A DNA stretch of 64,000 nucleotides from Narcine bancroftii (GCF_036971445.1 NC_091471.1:263934001-263998000), one strand, 5' to 3'; shown: positions 36,178 to 48,239, counted from the first letter of the stretch. The notes: generated from the sequence alone by a model not told the origin. Made by a program: numbers and translations.

Positions 36178-38749
36178 TTACTTTTCTGTATTTACCCAAT
36201 AAACAGAAATCATTCCATAATGGTGCCCTCCCACAGGATCAATCACCAGATTAATGCAGCAAGATGACTGGTTAGAGATTTGAGGCTTGAACCACAGCTT
36301 TTCTGATGAACACTAAAACCATTTATATTGTCGTTGAACTATGGATTAGCTAACACAACTGATGGAGTTGGAACTTGGAAACTTTTCACATGGTTCAGGT
36401 ATGCAATATATAAACCCACTGAATCAAGGGTTTCTGGAATTTTCTAGTCCTGATTGATAGGACTAATCAGCAAAAATCATACACATTGAATGGAAGACAA
36501 TTGAGGAGTGCAGGGGAACAAAGGGATTTAGGATTTCTGGTCCATAATTCCCTGAAAGTTGAATAGGGTGGTGATGAAAGCTTTTGGTATGTTGGCCTTC
36601 ATAAATCTGTGTATTGAGTACAGGATCTGGTGCATTGAAAAGGAATGACTAAAAGCATTGGCAATGTGAGCTTCTCACATGTTTCAGTTAGGATCCCAGC
36701 CTCAATTCATTAGGATTTCCACATGTGGTGCTTTACTGCTATAAAGATAAAGAATGTACACTAAAGGTACTTTAATTCTGAGATTAAGATATCAAACTGC
36801 ATGAATTCGAAAAGTAAAATTTTGTATATACAAGTTGTTTCATTAGTTTCTGAAAGAATGGACAGATTAACATTTGTGGAGCCTCCTATTCACAATTGTA
36901 AAACCTCTGAAGCCTCTGTCACTTTCCATTTCATTGCCATTCATCAAAAAAAAACATTTTCACATTTTAAATAGCAAAATGTATTAAGCCAGGAATGTCT
37001 AATTGCTCAACTCATCCATTTTTATAAGTTGCATGTGCGCCACACTGCTTCAATGATTCATTTAGCCGAGGTACTGAGTAATTGAACCACAATAGCAAAA
37101 GGATTTCATTCATGAACCTACATCAATGGTCACGATGAAGCAGCTCATCTCTGAATTAGTTCCAAGGGCTCCAAAAAGGAACCTCCTGGATCATATGGGA
37201 CAGAGGTAAAGAGGCTTAAAAAACTTTGGGCACAGCCAACCTATTACTCATGCCTATTCAAAATTCTTCAACTAAATTCAAAATTATAGATGTACAAGAA
37301 TATTATTTAAAATGGCGGCATTGCCAGAGCTGGGAGTGGAGACACAGTGCTGGCCCATGTGGTCCTACTGCCCAATCTACTGCTGACGCCTCCATATATG
37401 CTTTAAACAGCCTGTTAAATGAGACGATGGTTTTTACTTAAAATCCTGTGACCGTAGAGTCTTGGCCCAAGATAGTAACACGAGTTTTGCAGCTGCCTTG
37501 AGGGGTTGCAGATTCCAGAGGAGCAGCGGACTGGCACAGGGCACCAGTAACAGGGATAACCACCAATGGTGAGAAGTTAAGTGGGCAACCGCAAGGATGA
37601 TGACCAAGGCGGCTGAAGGACACACAGAGGCGGCAGGCTGCTAGTGACTTGAGGAACCCATATAGGCTAAGGGCTGCTAGCGACTTGAGGTCAAAGGACT
37701 CACACCAGGCTGCAGGAGACTGGCTCATGGGAAGCAGGTATCACAACTGGGATTTGAGAGGGTGCTGAGAGGACGGAGGGCTCACAAACAGCTCTGGACC
37801 TTGAAGGCTTCCTTAATGTGTCGAAGGTTTGGATCTGGTCTCAGGTTTCCCATGGTTTGAAATGGAAAGTTACAGAGGCTTCAGAGGTTTTGTAATTGTG
37901 TGGCTTCGTGGGCTGTGGGGAGCATTGGAGGCAAATCCCTGGACTCTCAGTGACTGGGAGATCTCTCTTTTGCTTCTCTAAGGCGCACCAGACAATGTTA
38001 ATACTAATGGCGAACCTTTGTCTGTCTTATGGCAGACTAAAGGCAATTTTGTCTAATCTTATAATTGTTTTATTACAGGAGAATAAATAGTATCTGACAA
38101 TGATGAAATTATTCATGAAATATATATACTGGAAGAGAGAACATCGTTCATGCAGAAGGCATGGAATACTTGACAATTATGGAATATATTATATTGGACA
38201 AATATCTAGCATATGGATGATATCTAAATACAAACATAAAATACTGAAATGAATAAGTTTATCCATGCAAGCATCAACTTTCAACGAGCCATAACCACAA
38301 ATCTGAAATGTTTTACCATGAGCAACATAAGGAGCAGAAAAATCCAATGCTGCACAATTTGAAAAATGTAGCTGTCAGCCATAAAGACAGCTCATAAAGG
38401 CCACATCAATGTGAATGATGAGGCTGTGGAAAGAATATCACCTGCCCAAATGTGGTCAGTGACCTGCACTCTTCCCCCACCCTCCTCGCAACCTTTTAAT
38501 TCAGATGCCTGCCTGATTTTCAACATTCCTGATGAAGTGCTCAGGCCAAAACATCAACTGCCTTTTACATCCTGTGGAGGATGCATGACCTGCTGAGTTT
38601 TTCCAGCACATTTATGGACTGCACTGCACCCCAACATCTGCAGATCTTCTTCTTTACCATCTCAAAGAGCCGATCTGCTCTACATTTCCCATGCTTGATG
38701 AAGGGCTCAAGTCTGAAACATTGGTTATGTATCTTTATCTTTGCTATAC

Positions 38750-40130
38750 AAGACACCAAAGACTCTCAGAAACTTCTACAGGTGTACCATAGACAGGTTA
38801 CATCACTGTCTGGTGCGGAGATGCCAATGCACAGAACAATGAGAAACTGCAGAGGGCTTTTAAACTCAGCCTGTGATATCACGGGCACCAGACCACCCCA
38901 TTGAGGACAAAGAATGCTGCAGCACAGAAAACAGGCCATTCAGCCCTTCCAGTCTGTGCCAACCATCATTCTGCTAGACCAGTGGTCTCAACCTTTTTCT
39001 TTCCACTCACATACCACTTTAAGTATTGCCTATTCCATTGGTGTTCTGTGATTAGTAAGGGATTGCTTAAGGTGGTATGTGGGTGGAAAGAAAAAGTTTG
39101 AAAACCACTGTTTTAATTGTACCTAATTGACTCGTTATGTGCATGGTTTCATAACTCCATTGGAAATTGGCCAATGACAATTTTTCTCAAGCAAAATATT
39201 TCAGTAACACTTAGGTCTAGAGCAGTGATTCTCAACCTTCCCTTCCCACTTACATACCACTTTAAGCAATCCCTTACTAATTACACAGCACCAATGGCAT
39301 AGGGATTACTTAAAAGTGGTATAAAGAGTGGAAAGAAAAAGGTTGAGAACCACTGTGCTAGATCTACTGCCATTCCATAACCCTCTAGACCTCTCTGATC
39401 CATGTATTTATCCAATTTATTCTTAAAATTTAAGATCAACCCTGCGTTCACATCAGATGGCAGCTTATTCCACACTCTCACCACACTCTAATTGAAGAAC
39501 TTTCCTCTAATGTTTCCCCTGCACCTTTCCCCTTTCTGCTTAAAACGATGACCTCTCATATTTATCTCCCCCATTTAAGTGGAATAAGCCTACTAGCATC
39601 CACTCAGCTCATAACCTTGTAAACCTCTATGAAATCCTCCCCTCATTCTTCTCCACTCTAAGGAATAAAGTCCTAACCTGTTTAATCTTTCCCTGTAATT
39701 CAACTCTGAAGACCCAGAAACATCGTAGCAAATCTTCTCTGCACTCTTTCCATCTTATTGATATCCTTCCTGTAGCTAGTTAACCAGAACAACACATAAT
39801 ATTCCAAATTTGGCCTCATCTACAAGAGTCAGTCTCTTAAGAAGGCAGCCTCCATCATCAAGGTCCCCCATCATCCAGCCTTCACTCTGCTACCATAAGG
39901 AAGGAGGTTCAGGAGCCTGAAGATGAACACCCAACGGTACAAAAACCTTCTTCCCCTCTGCCATCATATTCCTGAAAGAACAATGAACCACAGACACTGC
40001 CTCACTTTGTCTTGATCTTGCACTATTTTTATTTACTTTGTAAGGGTGGTTTACATAAATATTTGCACAGTGATTGCTGCCGCAAAAACAATGAATTTTG
40101 TGTCGTGTTCACAACAATAAATTCTGAATC
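38750..40130 (+). mobile_element. Rex1-type 3' fragment interrupted by a - strand CR1 (~38905-39820), itself interrupted by a hAT MITE
   Basis: Rex1-like AACTTCTACAGGTGTACCATAGA / ATCATCAAGG.CCCCCA..ATCCAG motifs; CR1 peptide RVWNKLP...FKNKLDKYMDQRGLEGYG on -. Confidence 0.7.
38980..39355. mobile_element. Composite hAT MITE (two ~130-bp palindromic monomers plus a spacer)
   Basis: TIR CAGTGGT(T)CTCAACCT; 8-bp TSD TGCTAGAC/TGCTAGAT; partial copy at ~11390-11593. Confidence 0.85.
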
Positions 40131-40139
40131 TAAGGTAGT

Positions 40140-40345
40140 AAAACACTAAAGTCTGCAGACACCGTGGTTAAAGTAAAAACACAATGCTGGAGAAACTCAG
40201 CAGATCAAACTGTGTACTGTTTATAGCAAAGGTATAGATGTATAACCAATGTTTTAGACTTGAGCCCTTCATTGTTGGATATATATCTTTATCTTTGCTA
40301 TATAAAGTACACTGTTTGACCTGCTAAGTTTCTCCAGCATTATGC
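40140..40345. mobile_element. Penelope-derived inverted pLTR pair (hairpin)
   Basis: ATGCTGGAGAAACTCAGCAG.TCAAAC... followed by ...GTTTGACCTGCTAAGTTTCTCCAGCAT. Confidence 0.8.
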
Positions 40346-40446
40346 TTTCAGCAAAATGTCAGGCACTGAAATTTTCTTGTAAAATTCAATTATCTAATGC
40401 AACAGAGTATATAGAAATGTTTTTGGGAGATAAATTGGGAAAGGTT

Positions 40447-40697
40447 TGTTAGAGTAGGTCACGTGCAAACACTTTAAAACAGATCTTATTTGAAATACTG
40501 GAGATATGCTAAACATAGTGTCTTCTCACACCTTGAAGAGTGCTCAAGAGACATTACGAATGGATTATTGTTTACCAAGGCAACAATGAAAGAACAGGCT
40601 GGAGTCGCTGCTGTCCATAAGGAGACTTTGCTGTTGTAGGAGGGTCATGTGGTTTTGTAAACAGAGAGAGTCAAACAGGCTTTCTCTCAGTCTCAGA

Positions 40698-40733
<36 letters not shown>

Positions 40734-41358
40734 CAGAGACAGAGATCACTTGACAGCAGAAGTTGCTGGGACTGAAACAGGACAAGCTGGCAAGCTTTTG
40801 GAAGACAGTCTGGTCGAAGCCTTTGTGGTTTATGCAAGAGAAGAGGACTGGCTGTGTAATGTTTCACTTGGAATAAGAGAAACAAAAAGTAACTCTATGA
40901 TGACCTGAAAGATAGAGGATATCATCTGGAGAACCCTGAAGGGGCAAATTTTGTCAGCAAGACACTGGAGTGGAGTTGTGGATGTCCTTGAACAACAAAT
41001 CTCTCTCTGAAAACCGACAAGAGCCTTCCTGAGCGGTAACCATTTACCTTTCGAGCATCAAAGCCTGGTGAACTTTACACATGTTAAATTCTGTGTAGAG
41101 TACAAGAATTCTCTGCAACCAGAGAACTTGGAGGAATGAGAAGTGAGATTGGACTGTGAACCAAAGAACTTTTCTGAACTTACACACACACATTCCATAC
41201 ACGTGCGCTTAGAATTAGAAGGGGATTAAGTTAGGTTAAGAAAGTCAATAGTTAAGTGAAAGTTTGATTCTATTTTTATGTTTAAAGATAATTAAAAGCA
41301 TCTTTTGTTTAATTAACCATTTGTCTTGGTGAATAACTACTGCAGCTGGGTTGTAACA
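40447..41358 (+). mobile_element. Probable solo LTR (~910 bp) with an internal (GT)n(GA)n microsatellite
   Basis: Ends TGTTA...TAACA; ATTAAA near the 3' end; no TSD seen. Confidence 0.45.
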
Positions 41359-41429
41359 CTACATCTCCTCACCTAATTTACAAACAGTAACCCACAGATT
41401 TCTCAGTAAAGGCATACCCCCACAAGGAG

Positions 41430-41980
41430 CAACAAGGCCGCCTCAATGGCACTGACGTCATAGTGATTGACAGATGTGGGTGGGCGGCTCTCCAATCTAT
41501 CGGAAATTGTGAATTTAACTTTAAATCGCAGAACAACGGGCCATTTGAGGTTCCTTTAAAGAGCGACAAACACAGGCCCGCATCCCTACCCGGGAATGAA
41601 CTGCCAGCGACTAGGTGAGCCCGACCCTACGGGCCGATCAACCAGACGCGCCGTCCACAGCGCCCGCCTCCCCAATGGGAGCGGACCAATGGCGACATGA
41701 CCAACGCGGTCCTCCTTGCCCGGAGTGGTCACTTGGCTGCCACGCGATGTTAATGGTTTCCCGCCCGCCACCGAACCCGGCGGCGTGGCCGGGATTCCAG
41801 GGAGGACCTGTTAACGAGGTACCTGAGGGGCGCCGGGCCCTGGATCGCCGTCCGCGGCTCCTCGGGGTCTTTCTGCCCTTCTCCTGCTACTGCTTCTTGA
41901 AAGTCTCGGGGGGAGGGGGGAAATCCTAGTCCACGTCACGGAACCCGGAAGCTGCCGGGGTGACGTAATGAGAAACCGTT
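41430..41980. promoter_or_regulatory. CpG-island promoter with no assigned gene
   Basis: High CpG density; CRE TGACGTCA at 41453-41460; several CCAAT boxes; CACGTCAC-CCGGAAG-TGACGTAA cluster at 41932-41968. Confidence 0.7.
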
Positions 41981-42316
41981 AAAACTGCCGCCACCCTACC
42001 TTAAACTTCAAACATCTACAGCTAGAAATCAAATCTGAAAACACTAAGGACTGCAGACACTTTCGTTGAAGTCGAAGCCCAATAGTGGAGAATCCCAGCA
42101 GGTCGAGCAGTGTCAAATAGCAAAGATAAAACGATATAACCACCGTTTTGAGCTTGAGCCCTTCATCGAGGTCGGCAGGCGTCTGAACAAAATGGTGGGG
42201 GGGGGAGGAGCTCAGATCCACAGGTAGGCGGTAATAAGTGGAGGAGGGAGAGCTCAGGGAATCGAGAGGGAAGGTAAAGGTTCCATTATTGTCACTTAAT
42301 ACTACATTTAGAATGT

Positions 42317-42772
42317 TGAAGATCCAGCTGCGCTGGATGGGTCACATCTCCAGAATGGAGGACCATCGCCTTCCCAAGATCGTGTTATATGGCGAGCTCT
42401 CTACTGGCCACCGTGACAGAGGTGCACCAAAAAAAAGTTACAAGGACTGCCTAAAGAAATCTCTTGGTGCCTGCCACATTGACCACCGCCAGTGGGCTGA
42501 TAACGCCTCAAACCGTGCATCTTGGCGCCTCACAGTTTGGCGGGCAGCAACCTCCTTTGAAGAAGACCGCAGAGCCCACCTCACTGACAAAAGGCAAAGG
42601 AGGAAAAACCCAACACCCAACCCCAACCAACCAATTTTCCCCTGCAACCGCTGCAACCGTGTCTGCCTGTCCCGCATCGGACTTGTCAGCCACAAACGAG
42701 CCTGCAGCTGACGTGGACTTTTTACCCCCTCCATAAATATTCGTCCGCAAAGCCAAGCCAAAGAAAGAAAGA
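42317..42772 (+). mobile_element. RTE-clade LINE, 5'-truncated, open ORF C-terminus
   Basis: QLRWMGHISRMEDHRLPKIVLYGEL...GAPKK..KD and CNRCNRVCLSRIGLVSH; (AAAG)n tail; short TSD AGAATGT. Confidence 0.9.
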
Positions 42773-42851
42773 AGAATGTAATATACATGACATTCTTTAA
42801 CTTTTGGCTTCCTTAAGGCAGACAGAGAATTGCCACTTTGTCCAGCAGCCT

Positions 42852-42942
42852 AAAGCTACAGCACCTGGTGTTCCTTGGCAGTCTCTCTTCCGTGTACTGA
42901 TCAGTCCTGAACCTGCTTAGCTTCTGAGATGAGACAATCTCA
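42852..42942 (-). pseudogene. 5S rRNA-derived head of a SINE3-like element (body continues to ~42270)
   Basis: The reverse complement ATCTCAGAAGCTAAGCAGGTTCAGGACTGATCAGTAC..GGAAGAGAGACTGCCAAGGAACACCAGGTGCTGTAGCTTT aligns with the 3' three-quarters of 5S rRNA, including box A and box C. Confidence 0.85.
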
Positions 42943-44129
42943 TGAGCTAAGGAGGGGGAGGGGTGGGAAGGATGGGAGGGAGGGAAAAGGAGAGCAGGTT
43001 AACAGAAACCAGAAAAGTCGATGTTAATGCCCCATCAAGCTGGAGGGTGCCCAGACGGACAATCGGTGTTGTTTCTCCAATTTGATGGGATGGTACGCGA
43101 GACCATGGCAGATATGTGAGTGGAATGCAAAACTGAAATGGTTCGCTACTGGGAGGAGCAAAGGTGCTCAGCGAAGTGATCACTCAGTCTGTACTCAGTC
43201 TCTCCAATGAGGAGAAGGCCACAAAGGAAGCACCAGATGCAGTAAATCAATCTTGCTTCACTTGAAAGACATGTTTGGAGCCCCGGACTATGGTGAGGGA
43301 GGAGGTATGGGTGCAAGAGGAAGGTGTCAAGGGGACGGTTGGTGGGGAGGGATGAGTGCACTGAGGGAGTCATGGAGGGAGTGTTCACTACGGAAGGCAG
43401 AGAGAGGAGAGGAAAATGTGTCTTGTAGTGGGATTCTGGTGTAAGTGCTGGAAATTCTGGATGAAAATATATTAAATGTGGAGGTTGATGGGGTACAAGG
43501 AATCCTTTGTTGCGTCTGGGATAGAGGGGCCATTACAGATGAGCGGAAAGAGGAGGAGATGCAGATAAGGGCTGAGTTGAAGGTGGTGGAGGGGAAGCCA
43601 TGCAGACAGTTCAGAAGATCTGGACTGGGAGGCCTCATCTTGGGAACAGATGCGGTGGAGAAATTGAGAAAAAGGAATAGAATTCTTGCAAGGATGTGAG
43701 AAAGTGTAGTCGAGGTAGTTGTGGGAGTTGGTGGGTTGGTTGTGTATGTCGGTGGAAAGCTTGTCTCCTAAGATGGAGATGGAAAGATCCAGAAACGGCA
43801 GAGTATTATCTGAATTCCAAAATACTACACAGGTAAAGTGGTGAATTCACCTTGAATGTCTCCTTCAAAATGCTCACCTAAATCCACCAATAAAACAGCT
43901 AACATGCCATCTTCAGAACCAGAATTTATTGTTATGAACATATCACATTATTTGTTTTTTGACAGCATCAGTGTCTAAACATTTCTATAAACCACCTGAC
44001 AAAATAAATAAAAAAGGTGCAAGAAAAAGACAAAGTAAGGCACAGGTAAAACGCGAAAGGGTGCGTAGAAACAATGCTGGACAAACTCATCAAACAGGGA
44101 CAAAATGCCTGGACTGCGCTGTAATGTTC

Positions 44130-44560
44130 TATGTTCTAAGAAAGGATTATCATATGTGAAGCGTGACAGCTCTTGGCCTGCATTTGTTGTAATTTAGGAG
44201 AATGAGGAGGAGTCTCATTGAAACATTTTGAATGTTGAAAAGTTTGGAGAGAGACGATGTAGAAAGGTTGATTTCCATGGTGGAAGAGTCTAGGACAAGT
44301 GGACACAACTTCAGGATTGAAGGACATCTACTTAGAACAGAAACGCCCTAGAATTTCTTCAGCCAGAGGGTGGTAAATCTGGAATTTGTTGCCACACCCA
44401 CGGGGATTGTGGAGACTAGTAATTGGGCGTATTTAAGGCAGAGATTGACAGGTTCTTGATTAACCAGGGGATCAAAGGTCAGTGTCACTGAGTGATTAAA
44501 TGACGGTGCAGACTAGATGGGCTGAATAGCCTATTTTGCTCCATGTTTTACGGTCTATGC
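44130..44560 (+). mobile_element. Degenerate CR1 3' fragment
   Basis: GAGTCTAGGACAAG.GG.CACAA, GAATTTCTTCAGCCAGAGGGTGGT, TTTAAGGCAGAGATTGA. Confidence 0.7.
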
Positions 44561-44726
44561 TTCAAAGGAGTTGTGCTAATTCATACCGGTCTTGAGTCTG
44601 TGGGTCTCACCCTTAACCGTCTATTAAAATAGGCCTGGAGACTGGATCTATTTTGCTTGCAGTTTATTTTTTGTCCAGGCTGCCAGACCATTTCGAGTCT
44701 GGGTAAGCTCTCTGTATCGGATCGGC

Positions 44727-44736
44727 CTAAATATAG
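44727..44736 (+). promoter_or_regulatory. MEF2-consensus / TATA-like element just upstream of the Kelch ATG
   Basis: CTAAATATAG fits YTAWWWWTAR and starts 27 bp before the ATG. Confidence 0.35.
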
Positions 44737-44753
44737 AGCAGCAGGTTGGAGAG

Positions 44754-45666
44754 ATGGCCTGCGAGGCAAAATGCCTTGGGGACACGGGGCCGGCCCCGGA
44801 CACCGTGCTGGAAGTCGGCCAGCGGCTTTTCCACGTTAACCGGGGTGCGCTGTCGCGGACCAGCGACTATTTTCGGGCCATGTTCTCCGGAGGCACCCGG
44901 GAAAGGTCCGAGTCCCGCGTCGTGCTGCGAGGCCTGGATCCCGAGGTCTTCGAGCTGCTGTTGGCCTTCGCCCACCGGGGCCGGGTGCACATCGAGCGGC
45001 ACAACGTGACGGCCCTGCTGGAAGCCGCCGACTACCTGCTCTTCGACCGGGTCAAGTTGTTGTGCTGCGCCTTCCTGCAGCGCCAGCTGCATGTCTCCAA
45101 CTGCCTGGGCTTCTGGGCTTACTCGCGGCGCTTCGTGTGCCCGGGCCTGAGCGCGGCCGCCCGCGGCGTGGCCCTCACGCACCTGGCCGCCCTAGCCGAC
45201 GACCAGGAGGAGTTCTTGCAGCTTCCCCGCGAGGCTCTGGCCGAGCTTCTGGCCAGCGACGACCTCTACGTGGGGAAGGAGGACGAGGTGTTCGAGGCCC
45301 TGGTGAAGTGGGCGAGCCACCAGCGCAGCAGGGAGGCGGCCCTGGGGCATTTGCTCGCCTTGGTCAGAGCCCCCTTCCTGACCCTGCCCTTCATCGACCT
45401 GCTCATCAGACGCTCCGAGCGCAGCAGCCGGGATGACACGTGCACCAGGCTCCTGATCAGGTTAAACCGCAGCCCTCCCCGCAACTGGACGGCGGCCTAC
45501 CGCTTCCCCCAGAGGAGCAGGAGCTATGAGACCATGTTCATTCTTGGGGGCAGACACGAACGGGAGCAGCAAGAACTGTTCCAGTTCCACCCAAAAACCA
45601 ACACGTGGCAAGCCTGCTCCCCTCTCCGCCGCAGGAACCTCACCCAGTACGCCGTAGCAGCAGTAG
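44754..45666 (+). CDS. KLHL23-like BTB-BACK-Kelch protein, coding exon 1 (BTB, BACK and first Kelch repeat)
   Basis: SDYFRAMF, NVTALLEAADYL, NCLG, EEFLQL, VFEALVKW, TMFILGG; donor GTAG|gtaacg (phase 1). Confidence 0.93.
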
Positions 45667-46130
45667 GTAACGCAACATGACTTGTATACAAAACACAGGT
45701 CAATCACACGACCTTTCTGCAGTTTGGGGCAGTCTACAATCAATCGAATGCAATGGTATTTATGTTTGTAGTTGTGCATAACACATCTTTTAGGGCCCTT
45801 CAACTTGGGGCAACCAGCAGACAGCTAAACATCAGTAGAAACACAAATGCTGGAGAAACTCAGCTGGTCAAACAGGACTTTCCGTAGCAAAGGTAAAGAT
45901 CCATAACTAACAATTCGGGCTTGGGCCCTTCATCAAGGCGCGGTCTGCACAATGGTGTTACAGCGTTAGCCACCGGCATTTGAATCCCGCGTTGTCTGTA
46001 AGGAGGCTGTACGTTTCCCCCGTGACTGCATAGGTTTCCTCCCACCCTTCAAAATCTTCTGGGTGTAATTGGGTCTGTTACCGTGCTGTAAAATTTCTAA
46101 ATTTTAATTTAAAAACGTTTGATCAAAACG

Positions 46131-47232
46131 TTTCAATCAAATAAAGTGTGATGATCAGCCACATATCTATCAGAAAAAGGTAACTATCTGATCAGAGAGT
46201 TGTATATCATAGAGACAAAGATCCAACTGGCCAAATGTGAATAAAGTAAAGGAGACAAAGTATCCTGACTAAGTAAATAATGAAAAGCCAAGAAGTTAAG
46301 ATAGTTAAAAATTGAAAAAATCTGGATGCTGGAAATCTGAAGAAATATAATAGTTTCCATGTATCCCGTGAATAGCTCGGTCACAAAACAAGAGCGAGAA
46401 CTGAAATTTTGCATGCAAGTTAGATTAAACACTCTTGTGATGCATATCACACTCTTAGTTTTTTCTAAAATCACATCATTTTTGTGCTGCACTAAAACCC
46501 AGATCTCCAATGTTTTTGTTGACCTTAGCACTATATAATTGGGGCTAAAAATAATGACTGGTAATGCTTTTGGGGAAAATGCATCTCCAGGATTGTTTTT
46601 TTACATTCGCTAAACATCAGATTTATTGTCTGAGTACATACATGACATCACATACTACTCTGAGATTCTTTTTCCATGGGAAAAGAATTGTGTTTCAAGC
46701 CCTTGTTAATTAATCCGGGCAAATCTAAGTGGACAGGGAAATGGAATCGCTTCAGCCGAAAACGTACAGGAGGGACGAAGACATTTTCCCCAAAAGCATT
46801 ACCAGTCATTATTTTTAGCCCCAATTATATAGTGCTAAGGTCAACAAAAACATTGGAGATCTGGGTTTTAGTGCAGCACAAAAATGATGTGATTTTAGAA
46901 AAAACTAAGAGTGTGATATGCATCACAAGAGTGTTTAATCTAACTTGCATGCAAAATTTCAGTTCTCGCTCTTGTTTTGTGACCGAGCTATTCACGGGAT
47001 ACATGGAAACTATTATATTTCTTCAGATTTCCAGCATCCAGATTTTTTCAATTTTTAACTATCTTAACTTCTTGGCTTTTCATTATTTACTTAGTCAGGA
47101 TACTTTGTCTCCTTTACTTTATTCACATTTGGCCAGTTGGATCTTTGTCTCTATGATATACAACTCTCTGATCAGATAGTTACCTTTTTCTGATAGATAT
47201 GTGGCTGATCATCACACTTTATTTGATTGAAA
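46131..47232. repeat. Long inverted repeat: arms 46131-46581 and 46782-47232 (451 bp each), 200-bp spacer
   Basis: The arms read as reverse complements, and the ORF track gives the same 115-aa peptide on opposite strands. Confidence 0.97.
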
Positions 47233-48239
47233 TATATATTTGTCCAAAATTTGAATGCTGTTTTATTTCCTCTAACTTACGCCCTATTATGCACAGCATA
47301 TGGATATGATTCTAAGTGATATACAAAATCTATTTGAATATCTTTTAACTCTCACCCAGATGCAAGTTGAGGGAAGGATCTTGTGTGGGGACGTTGGGCA
47401 CATACAAGGATAAATTCGAACTGGAACTAATTAAGTATATTTCTTGAGAAAATAGTGTAATTCCAACGAGGGTTGATATAGTTGTAATCTTAGATCTGGG
47501 GATGAGATAGTATGGTGATGAAGTTGCTAGATTCACATTCTAAACATTTTATTCAAAAATATGTTCAAATCACACTGTGTGATTGGGGAATTTAAATTCA
47601 AGAAATTAAATACACCTGGAACTGAGAGGTACTGATCTCAGTTATGGTAGCCATAAATCTACTGGATTGGTATGAAAACTGGTTCACTATTGTCCTCTAC
47701 TTGGTCAATCTTGTTTGTGATTCCAGACCCACCCTTAGCTGCCTCATCAGTTCTGGAAAATTGAAAAGGACAATAAATGCTCAGAGATGTCCCATTACAT
47801 GACTGAATTTATACGTGTCCCAGCTTCATCCATGATATTCTCTGGGTATATCCTGAATAGGCAGTCGTAGCACAGTTGTATTCAGAGTGGCTCTGGGAGT
47901 CCACACTTAAATTCCAAAGTCTAAAAAAATTTCAGGTTAAATGCAGGTAAGGAACCCATCTGCTGATTCACACTTCATTCTACCTCAGATGATGAAAAGT
48001 ACTTTTCTGTGTTGAACAGTACTTGATAAGAGCCCAGAATATCTAGGGCAATGAAAGTACTCCAATTATGATGAGACTAGTGAAATCCAGAAGTTTATAA
48101 CTGCCATACTGGATCTCCAACTGTTAGAAAATGAGCCAATACAAGGGATTTTAAAAAAATGACATGACTCTGTCCTCCCCAATATTCTTGTTACAAATGT
48201 GGATGTATATGGCAATGTTGCACAGTCCTGGTAAGACAA

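Larger units (their letters stand above)
42030..43810 (-). mobile_element. Penelope-like element remnant hosting a 5S-SINE and an RTE insertion
   Basis: GIY-YIG peptide LIYCIWCFLCGLLLIGETEYRLSDHFAEHLCS; pLTR end at ~42040-42190. Confidence 0.8.

Noticed and set aside
20000-42000. Expected syntenic neighbours (LINGO3, CD320, NDUFA7, RPS28)
   Set aside because: No LRR/Ig, LDLa or matching peptides were found in the frames I examined.
42852-42942. Functional 5S rRNA gene
   Set aside because: It is 5'-truncated, heavily substituted and embedded in nested TEs.
46148-46192. C/D-box-like TGATGA...CTGA in the inverted repeat arm
   Set aside because: Too short (~45 nt), with no clear terminal stem or recognisable rRNA antisense element.
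46184-47179. Twin 115/167-aa ORFs on opposite strands
   Set aside because: They result from the inverted duplication, have AT-rich non-protein-like composition and lie in an intron.
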